Shown here: positions 33,501 through 42,180 of the stretch, piece by piece
Numbering within the stretch: the stretch's first letter is position 1
Layout: each line of letters begins with the position of its first letter
DNA from: Paraglomus brasilianum
Taxonomy: Eukaryota
Assembly: GCA_910592345.1 (NCBI GenBank)
Contig: CAJVPI010000213.1
Coordinates: forward strand, 1-42,180
Length of the DNA: 42,180 nucleotides
Direction: 5' to 3'
Program-made: the position numbers and the translations under genes
Notes under the pieces: model-generated
Told to the model about the DNA's origin: nothing
What the model saw: only the letters and a program-made list of their open reading frames with translations
Database searches by the model: none

Positions 33501-35366
33501 TTCAGGGCTTTATCTAACCACTCACCATTACGATCATATTTGGCCGGAATGTGATAAGGTGCCGACGCAGGCCGGGGGGAGCTGGGAGAAATAGGCGACA
33601 AAGGCGTCGATGGGGAAGTAGAATAGCCTCCCAAAGTCTGGATTTGCCTTTCATTCTCTACTTTGAGTCCAATTTGTCCATCTTCTTCCAATTCATGTCC
33701 TCCTTCATCATTACCCTGCATAATCCTGCCTATTTGAGGTTCTTGCTTAATAATTTGTCTCTTTTGCTTCCCGGAAGTTCCCACCCCGAAACACCTTGGT
33801 TGTGCAAAGGTATTCGTAGCCGACGCTGCAGAACCATTAGAAGTAATATTAGAAGGTAAACTCGAAATCGATATCGGCATTGTGTTTGATCTCTCTTTTG
33901 ATCTATCCACAGTTCTTTCGACCATTCTATCTGCTAATTTCGAGTTAGAGCCCCGACGATCGTGTTCAGCCCGTGATCGCCGTCGCCCGACGCCGTTAGC
34001 CTGTTTTGTTTTTGATGATTTGTGATCGTCGGTTATCATTATTGCTGGTGAGACTCCGCGGGCTATTACTTGGCCGGAGCAGTCTTTCATTACAAAAATA
34101 ATGCAAAATCCAACTTTTTCGTTGTGGTGGCGGCAGTAGCAGGTAATGCGTGTAGGAAGAATAGTATCGCCACTGCTAAAATCTACGATTTCGCTACAGT
34201 TGAAAAGAAGAATCTTGCGTTGTTCGAGTGCTAGGGATTTCTCATCGTCAAGGTCCATAGATTTCGATGCTTCCTCCTGCTGCGCTTGTGCTTGTGGGTT
34301 GGACTTGAGTTTGTGTTCTTTTTTGCGTTGCGATCGTTTTCTCTAGTGATATTGGATGGAAAGGTTTACAGGTAAGCCAAAAATTGAAAAAAGAAAAGGT
34401 ATATCCAACATAAATTTGTTAATCATAATGTATGATGCATGTCCAATTTGATTAGCGTAATTAAATCTCAATTCCTATCGGAACTGAGATTTACAAAAGC
34501 TTCACTATAATTCAATTTCGTTTTACCCTTGATTTCCCACCTAGTCCCAATGTATTTTTTTTTTTTAAAACATGTTTCTTTACCTCTCTTTGCACACATC
34601 CCAGACAAGTGGTAACTTGCTTAAGCGTCTCACTAGCACAAACAACAGTCGCCTCCAAATTCAACACACCCTTTTCAGCAATGTTCACACTCTGATCCTG
34701 ACCATTTCTAGAATTTTTTGTTTTTAACTTTTCTTTTGCCACCATATACTCTGGTAATCTTAGATGCGACCACAGTGGCACTTTTTCGCCCTTGTCAGTA
34801 ACCAACTGAAGACATAATTTTATTTGGGTTTCTACGCGAGATTTGGCTCCAGTTTGTGGCACTCCAAGGACTTGTATCTGAAGGTTTTTCATTGAATGTG
34901 ATAAGGCTGAAGGATGGACATTCTTTTGATATGGGAGAGATTGATGTAACGGAAGGTCTGTAAGTTGTTGTTGTTTTTTAATTTGCTGCTGTTGCTGCTG
35001 TTGCTGCTGCTGTTTTTGCGGCTGCTGCTGCTGCTGCTGCTGCTGTTGTTGTTGTTGTTGTTGCTGCTGCTGCTGCTGTTGCAGTGGTTGCTGACTAGCA
35101 GTAGCAGCCGCGAACGCAAGACTTTGCTGCAACTGACCAACAGTATCAATCAATCCCTGACTATGCTCGGTGTGTACTTCATGGTTCGGCGTTCTCTGAG
35201 GAGTAAGAAAGAACAGCGGGTTGTCATTATCAAGGACCTCTAGTTTTGGATCGAGAAACATTGTTTCTGGATTGTCATGGTAATAGTAAGAGGCAGAAAG
35301 AGCATAGTCTTCAGAATGAGGTGAGTATGGCGAAGAACACTGAGTTTCTTCTTCGGGTGAGGGCAT
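30559..35366 (-). CDS. MGA2: Spt23/Mga2-family ER-anchored transcription factor (IPT/TIG, ankyrin repeats, C-terminal TM), about 1310 aa, 8 exons
   Basis: Exons 35366-34584, 34342-33526, 33454-33155, 32937-32752, 32659-32255, 32166-32110, 32038-30707, 30611-30559. Motifs KSRVETQIKL, C.GCVQRE.KR, LPTRITCYCRHHNEK.GF, IMITDDHK; IPT LIPSEGP..GGIEVTVLG; LMELALQVVG.KMTG; ankyrins HTMLHLAA and GFTALHYA; TM DRMLFLFWVPMLF. Confidence 0.95.
30951..31055 (-). repeat. Coding 15-bp minisatellite, (GGNMF)6-GGNVF, in Mga2
   Basis: Seven units with synonymous variation, in frame in exon 7. Confidence 0.95.
34984..35081 (-). repeat. CAG/CAA poly-Gln tract in the Mga2 N-terminus
   Basis: Read directly; it explains the antisense poly-Leu and poly-Ser/Asn ORFs. 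Confidence 0.95.
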
Positions 35367-36520
35367 ATTATTGAAAATAGTGCGAGTTGTGTAGAACGAG
35401 TCTCAGCACTATATTGAGTGACAGTATTATATTAGCAGGTATATTGTTGTTATATATGGAGCGGGGGGAGGGAGGAGAGGGAGGAGGATAGTTCTGTTGT
35501 CTATTCACTTAAGGTTGTTGTTTGTTGTTGCCTGTTCTATTGTCTCGTCTCTTGTTTACTTTCTAGAATCCTGTGTCGTACAAGGTGGTTCGATACTTTT
35601 CTAGCTGGCTTTGAGGATAGCAGCATCAACTATTACTACTTTTTCAACTCAACCGCAACAATGTAACTTAATATCGTAGTAATATTTATATCTTGAAAGA
35701 TATATCTTACTGTTTTTTGGTCAAAGAGTTGTTGAAGGGTCTCCCGAGTCACACTGCCGTCTGTGTGCCCGTTAATGTCCAGAAATAGAGGAGTGGGTAC
35801 GCCGATATACGGAGGTACCGGCAAGTTATTATAGAGTGAGTAGAATAAATAATACAATGTATGACATATTGTATAATCCTACTTATGCAATTGTCTGCGC
35901 ATGTTGTGTCTCTCTCGTTGTGTTATGCCTGACTAGCGCATTTATGATGGAAGCTTCCTTTGCGCTAGTATTATTTGTCAACGCACAAATGCGCGTGGTA
36001 GTCATATGATAGAATTGGATGCGATCGGATCAATATGGCAAATGGTGACATATCGCATACTAATCGGAAGTTGTGGAAAACGAAAATATATTTAGTAAAC
36101 AAACTCCGATATTTTATTCCACTATTAACTATCACACAGTCGTTTTATAAATTATTTCATGACCCGACAAGAATGCGACGTTGTTTTAATTTATATTCTC
36201 CGTTCCTTTCATCATTACAATCGTTTTATTAACACCCGATTATGTTCAATCACATTGTTACATGGTTTCACAATGTTTAGATAGTTAGTCCTTATTAATG
36301 GCGCATTATTTGTACAGTCACGGAAACGTCACATGAGCTACAATTTATGAATTTGTTGACTTGCTTTGAAACAAACATCTCGAATTGGCGTTTCTAATGT
36401 TTGGGAAGATCTAACGGGAATTTTGGAGTTACGTCATTGATCCGCTGCCCATTTTTGGAACAATCATGCACACAACATTATCAATCTTGAAAATAATAGG
36501 AATATTGTATCGGCATGGTC

Positions 36521-36592
36521 CATAACCATCATAACCATCATAACCATCATAACCATCATAACCATCATAACCATCATAGCCATCATAACCAT
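36521..36592 (+). repeat. 9-bp tandem repeat (cataaccat)8
   Basis: Eight units, one variant catagccat. Confidence 0.95.
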
Positions 36593-37737
36593 CATTAAAG
36601 CAGACATCGAATCATCGCGTCTTATATCAGTCACAACAAATATCACACGCATGTGTTTCCCAGCTATGCTCGATTTGCACTAAGTCTAACGCAACGGTGG
36701 CCAGAATTGAATTGGTTCCGAATTCAAATATGCAAGGCGGGAAATTTCTCATAGGACTAGGTAATAATTATTACTCCGTTAACGTTATTCCAAACTGGGT
36801 AAAGTATTTCATTTCGTAACAAGGGACAGGCTGATGGCAATCGTCAAGTCTTTGAAAATCAGGTCAAAGGAAAAAAAAGGGGGGACTAGCAATCTATATA
36901 AGTAATACAGCGGACTGAATGCAAAATCTTTTATAAATTGCATCAGCCAATTGTATGATGCACCGTCGCCAATTGTAATCTTGTCTTTTTCAATCAGCAA
37001 CCTTACACAAAGCTATAGCTAGTACAACGGATAGCAACGATTTTCAATTATCAATAAATAGTTCATCGTCAGGCAAACTTTCTGCTAACTGAAACCCACA
37101 ATCTCGCGTTTATCTATTAACTCGTAGACATCACGGCCAAGCGGTTTACTTATTCTAATAATAAGACTAATATTAATATAGCAAACTGTTAACACCATAC
37201 GTGGTAGCTCCGAGAGTATGAAACGCTAGATAATTCTCGTATTGAGTCCGCAAGATCGAAGATTCTGACGTCAAAAATATTTACAACGTGTATTTAGCTC
37301 ACTCAGTCAGGTACCAAAATGGTTCTCGAGTACAGATGCATTCGGCGATAGTTTCCATTTGCGAACAAGAGAGCGTCAGATGATAAATTGCTTCGAGTGA
37401 TTATGGGAATCAACTACAGTGAGGAGACACCAGCGACTAAAGATAGCTACAGGAATCAGCGCTTCTTGCCGTATTCGATGCAAGTGGAGGGTTTAAATTT
37501 TATAGACTATCCTTTTCTCGTATAGGAAAGGATCTATATAATCACAAATTCAGCGCATAGCATAGCGGAATTGCTATCGACAGTATGGCAAAGTGAATGC
37601 CTGGGTCCATACCTTAGTTTTAGCGATCTGATACCATTATAAATTTGGGCATTTCACTATTGAAATTTTGGAACTCGCCCACCAACTCGACCGAGTAAGA
37701 AGCGAGTTTTCGGGTACTATTTGTGTTAATAGATAAA

Positions 37738-37795
37738 TCATGTAGGTGTGTCGGAGCTTCTAAATTGATCTCTAACATATAGCCTATTTCCGCAA
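37738..37795 (-). mobile_element. Tiny relic resembling a Polinton/Maverick-type family-B DNA polymerase
   Basis: AEIGYMLEINLEAPTHLHD resembles the GY(I/L)LEVDLE(Y/A)P..LHD motif of these polymerases. The expected downstream DYPLAPE is missing. Confidence 0.45.
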
Positions 37796-38412
37796 TCTGA
37801 AGCGGTACCTCACCCAGAACTTTTGTTGACCAGTTATAAGGCATTTTCGTCGAAAAAAAATATATTTTTTTTTGCGTATTTCAAGTGTTAATAAGCTCAT
37901 TTGCTATCGCTCCGTCTCGCCCCTCAATATTAATATGCCTCATTTGATTGCGCGCGGACCTCTTTTAGCCTGATATCTCATTTGGTAGTAACAGCGCCAA
38001 TCACTCACATTCACAACTTTCAACGTTGTATGCTAGCGAAGTCTGGTCGAATTGAACATAACTTGATGAATAATTCCGATGCTTCAAATAGTGCTAAAGG
38101 CTACTACATAGAATTACAGGAAATGAATTTTGGGAGACAGAATAAATTGCTTCGGACGTCAGGCTACTTGATAATTTAAAGCGACCATCACGTCGTACAT
38201 CGCGGTAATTCTTGCGTTGAATTTTTATGAATTTGACTTGGTTATTCGTTTTTGCTAATTATCCTCTTTTTTTAAAAAAAGCCCGAGAATTTGCTTTCTA
38301 GTCAGGTGTCGAAAGTAGGAGTATGCGCGACGTCGGCACTTGTTTGCGTCGTCTTTTTATTCCAAGATATTGAATCAATCATTAAATTATGGGTGCTACT
38401 ATTGTTGCAATT

Positions 38413-38535
38413 AGCTCAGACAGGTTGGGAAATTAAACGTTATTTCGCACAGATAGAGCAGTCCTCGGCACATATAGCAATAGTTAGCACACTTGTGTAT
38501 TAGTATGGCAAGTTTTATTTCCGTTGTTAGGATAG
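38413..38535 (+). repeat. Dispersed repeat shared with about 41086-41168
   Basis: Both have gctcagacaggttgggaa ... gcacacttgtgtat ... tatggcaagttttattt. Confidence 0.75.
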
Positions 38536-38725
38536 ATGGCACCTGATCTCAATTATTAAAATATTCTTCCACTTTGGCAACGTTATTCAAAGCATGCAAT
38601 TTTATTGGTTTGACCGTCTAAGCGTCGAATTATATTACGTATATATCTTAAAATTTTTAGCTAACTTGAGAGCTTCTCTTCCCGTTTGTACAGAAATAGC
38701 AGTCTCCTCTTCGTCGCTTGATGTA

Positions 38726-39893
38726 CAGGGGGGTGACAAAAGTATTGCACGATCGATTTAATAAAATTGTTAATATGTAACTGCCCATGTGATTCTTATA
38801 TCATATTTGCCTACATATTATCTAAATGGATTGTTGTTTGTTGTTTTGATTTAATCTGTTATGGATTGTAAAAATCTCTATCATTTTCAATTTTTCGCGT
38901 GATGGGTCTTGCTGCACAGGAAAGCATTATTACAGCCAAAAATTAGGCCACAATAATACAGAAATTGCAAAAGCTGTAGTAGTAGAATGTCATCGAACAA
39001 CAGTTGCGGCTTATGAATCAGGAGAACCTTCCAAAAAACGATCAGGTCGACCACGCTTGATCGGCAGTCAAAAAAGGCAAAGATTGAAGGCTATGGTTCT
39101 CAAAAATAGGAAACAAGGCGAAAAAATCTAGCAGAATTACTAATATGTTTTCAGTACGAACAATTTGTCGAGCACTTCATAAGAAAAATTTACATTCCTG
39201 TATTCCAATTCCAAACGATTTGGGCAATAGAAAGAAGACATTGTAAATTGGACTTTGGAAAGAATAATCTGGACAGATGAGTCTACGTTTTCACAGTTTC
39301 AAAAATCTGGTTGTGGAGAGAGCCAGACGAGAAATTTCATAAAGATTGCATTGCATCAGCAGTAAAACATTCTCCGCAAAGAATGTTTTGGGCTGCTTTC
39401 CTTTTAAAATTAGGTCCCATTGTTCCACTTACAGGTTCAGTAACTGGAAATGTATACAAAGAAATACTTTCTACTTATGCAATTCCCACACGTAAAACGT
39501 TTTCCCGGCAAACCAAAATTATTTTTATTTTTCAGGAAGACAATGCACCGGTTCACACATCGAATGTTGCACGAGAGTTTCTTTATTACCAAAATATGGG
39601 GGTGCTTCCATGGCCTATTGAGAACTTGTGGGCTACAGTTGAGGTAGAAATTCGAAACCATAATCCTCAGCTATCAAGCATTGGTGAACTTGAAAGAGAT
39701 TTGGGGGCGATTACGCAAAAAGTATATCGTGACTTGGTGCGATCAATACTAAATAGAATTCAGGCTGTGATTGCTGCCAATGGAGGACATACTAAATATT
39801 GATGTATTAATTCCGGATATAAATAAAATTGACTGTGATCTTAATAAAAATTTTTGTTATTGCTAAAAGCAATACTTTTGTTACACCCCCCCG
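38726..39893 (+). mobile_element. Decayed Tc1/mariner DNA transposon (about 1.17 kb) with TIRs and TA duplication
   Basis: TA-cagggggggtgacaaaagtattgc ... gcaatacttttgttacacccccccg-TA. Transposase remnants RSGRPRL, IIWTDESTFSQF, WREPDEKFH.DC, FQEDNAPVH, PWP-IENLW (SPDLNP motif deleted), AVIAANGGHTKY. Stops and frameshifts in the 5' half. Confidence 0.93.
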
Positions 39894-39906
39894 TACTTGA
39901 CTTATT

Positions 39907-39985
39907 TGGCCTGATTTATGTGGCCTGATTTATGTGGCCTGATTTATGTGGCCTGATTTATGTGGCCTGATTTATGTGGCCTGAT
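39907..39985. repeat. 14-bp minisatellite (tggcctgatttatg) x about 5.6
   Basis: Five perfect units plus a partial, starting 11 bp after the TA flanking the Tc1 right end. Confidence 0.95.
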
Positions 39986-40039
39986 AATATTTCAATGATT
40001 GACAAAGATAATATAAATAGAAATGGCATGATATTTTGT

Positions 40040-40162
40040 GCAATACAAGCGGAGGTATAATCATTATGGAAATCGAGTGGGATACAAATGAGGTAGATAT
40101 ACAATTGGGGAAATCCGTCCAGCTGATATAGCCGAGGTTGGGATACAAATGAGGTACGACTG
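40040..40162 (+). mobile_element. Right part of a pogo/Tigger-like MITE
   Basis: Ends gaggtacgactg-TA, the reverse complement of the 21728-type terminus. Subterminal repeat tgggatacaaatgaggta at 40078 and 40139. Confidence 0.6.
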
Positions 40163-40542
40163 TATGGGTATTTGAGCAAACAAATACAGTTATTACAACA
40201 CTTGTCGATTTAACCGCGCGACACTAATACATTTGCAGTTTAGCACAAGATAATTTACCTGATAAAAATCCAATAATGTTCGTCAACTATCTTTTGAATG
40301 TCACACCATTTGTTGTCGGTTCTAAACATTCTGCCATATGTGTGTAATTATGTCATTTCTTGTACGGTTGTCAATAGAGAGTATTCAATCCTTTGTATTT
40401 ACGCATCGCATTCACTCGTCATATTTCCATTACCTTAGTCTGTAGTGTTACGGTCGGATAGTCTGGGGTTTGGGAGAGCGATTAATCTTTCGCGTAAGGT
40501 GTTCTTCTGACCGGGGGATGTTACAGATTTGGCTTCGTGCTA

Positions 40543-41079
40543 TAGTCAACTGCCGCTAATCCGAACCCGGGTCATCGTTCGAATTATCGTGGTGGGGTCG
40601 AATTATCGATTTTCGGTTACACAGAATTTAATTTTATTTTATTTGATATAAATTCAATACATCGTAACTACAACAATCATAGGTACGAACAGTTGCTTTC
40701 CTACGTGTTGAAATACTTGTCTTGCATTTGCATACGCTCTGTTTCTGCACAGCAGTTAGATGTTTATAAGGTTTGGAACGCTTGCAAACAGACATGTTTT
40801 TACGTTGCATCATTAATCTTATCTGGTTAACTTGAACAATCGAATTATATTAAGTTCGAAAAGTGAGAAAATTAACAATAGTAATAGCGTTCGAATTAAC
40901 GTAACGTAAAGAGGAGATATCTTATATGGGCAAGATCAACTTGTTGATCGAATTAAGGAAAATCATACATGTCGTTCGAATAAGAAAAAGTAATACAATA
41001 TCGAAAAACGGTTCCAACTCAGGCGTTCGCATTACCGGAAAATCGAATTAAAAGGGGTCGAATTATCGGCAGTTGACTG
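40543..41079. mobile_element. Complete 537-bp non-autonomous MITE (pogo/Tigger-like), TA-flanked
   Basis: TA-tagtcaactgccgctaatccgaaccc ... ggggtcgaattatcggcagttgactg-TA, with many internal tcgaatta subrepeats. Confidence 0.85.
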
Positions 41080-41610
41080 TATTATTGCTCAGACAGGTTG
41101 GGAATGGCAAGATATGATGACAGAGATGGCACACTTGTGTATGGCAAGTTTTATTTGTGTTGTGGATATCCGTTAAACTTGCATCGTTACGCGCGTCAAG
41201 GCTATGCAACAATATCATGAAAAGAGTGGCGATCATGAGTGGATTGATCAAATGAAGGCAATCACAGTGAAGAGTTGAGCAAGATAATCTTGCCTCATTG
41301 GCCGACTGCATGAGTCATTTTGGGGTATAAAAACATGTCAGGAAGCACACGGTGCTGAAATTGACAATGAAGCTTCACCGTCCAGCGAACAGAGCTCGAA
41401 TGTAGCTACGCACTTTATTCAGGAACGAACTCATTACCAGTTTCATAAACTTTAAATAATGTACTCTCTATATATTCAGTAAACGTGCACGATTTTATTT
41501 CAGTATCTTTTAACTCAACCCATATGGAAGCATATCGTATTAATTGAAAGAGGAGTAAATCGTTGAGTAAACCGTTGAGTAAAACCTGTAATAAACCGCG
41601 AATCACAAGT

Positions 41611-42180
41611 TTATTCAAAGAGCGTTTGAGTCACTAAATCATAAGAAATGCACGGTGTTAATATTGTAAATTGACTTTATTTGTACCAACGTGCAACCAT
41701 ACCTGCAGCTGAATTCATATCATAGCTATTTGTCGGTTTAGGCAAATCTCCAGTAGGTAAAAGCCTACTAGAATATTTACTCTCCTTCTCGAGACGTGAT
41801 AAGGGTTTTACATCATTATGATAGATGATATTCCACGTGTTGTCAGAATTGTCCATCTTTTTAATAAGCTTGCCAATATCATCCAAAAGTGTCTCTGCAT
41901 CTGGACGCTTATCGGGATCAGCATCATAACACCGCTCGGCAAGTTTCTTGTATTCCTCTGGTGCGGAATCAGGCATCAATGGTCGTAGTCCGCTCATAAT
42001 ATCGCATACTAAATCTCTATCGAACTGCCTATCTCTAAAGGGTGGTTCACCAGTAGCAATCAAATACATAATGATACCAAAAGAATACACATCTGATTTC
42101 TTCGTAAATTTGCAGGTATGGAAGACTTCCGGTGCAATAAAGGGTAAAACGCCTCGAATGGTTGAATTTGACTCGCGTGA
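41611..42180 (-). CDS. 3' part of a TKL protein kinase (continues beyond the window)
   Basis: RGVLPFIAPEVF..KFTKKSDVYSFGIIMYLIATGEPPF..GLRP.MPDSAPEEY..C.DADPDKRP...KYSSRLLP. Intron 41634-41702, then a last exon VTQTLFE*. Confidence 0.9.

Noticed and set aside
34889..35243. Poly-Leu and poly-Ser/Asn ORFs
   Set aside because: Alternative frames of the poly-Gln tract.
36900..37000. LIEKDKITIGDGASYNWLMQF, faint resemblance to a pyruvate decarboxylase segment
   Set aside because: Too short, with no flanking homologous exons.
37190..37450. Possible very decayed TKL kinase C-lobe (PYVVAP, DSDV, PFANKRASDDKLL..TP)
   Set aside because: Motifs are scattered over frames and could be chance; cannot be supported without alignment.
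39907..39985. Regular repeats as a CRISPR or telomere array
   Set aside because: No spacers, eukaryotic context, internal position and not TTAGGG-like; a simple minisatellite.
1..42180. tRNA, rRNA or prokaryotic operon/defence systems
   Set aside because: None recognised; genes are spliceosomal-intron-containing eukaryotic genes.

Overview
AT-rich, intron-rich eukaryotic genomic DNA with short introns, mostly about 65-105 nt. It is most consistent with an early-diverging fungus, probably Glomeromycota (arbuscular mycorrhizal fungi). This is inferred from the TKL-kinase style, the Crinkler-type NTPase-REase gene and lineage-typical orphan families. I spliced the genes by hand using GT/GC-AG boundaries and frame continuity; no database search was run and family calls come from recalled motifs. 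Genes found: (1) a 9-exon, 687-aa gene fusing a complete, divergent clathrin heavy-chain N-terminal beta-propeller plus linker to a tyrosine-kinase-like (TKL) kinase (4257-7002, minus), the standout of the window; (2) an intronless mitochondrial PDK/BCKDK-family kinase; (3) a stand-alone EXD2-C-terminus-like HNH protein; (4) Gemin6 head-to-head with (5) YJU2B/CCDC130, which has two GC-AG introns; (6) cytochrome c oxidase subunit VIIc, invisible in the ORF track; (7) a Crinkler-like Ubl-NTPase-REase gene; (8) a small Cys-rich membrane protein; (9) a pseudogenised REase-like gene; (10) a DDT/WHIM ISWI-partner-like gene; (11) Spt23/Mga2; (12) the 3' part of another TKL kinase. Non-genic elements: a collapsed segmental-duplication relic (about 188-1205), a decayed Tc1/mariner element, several pogo/Tigger-like MITEs, hairpins, micro/minisatellites and a Polinton-like polB scrap.
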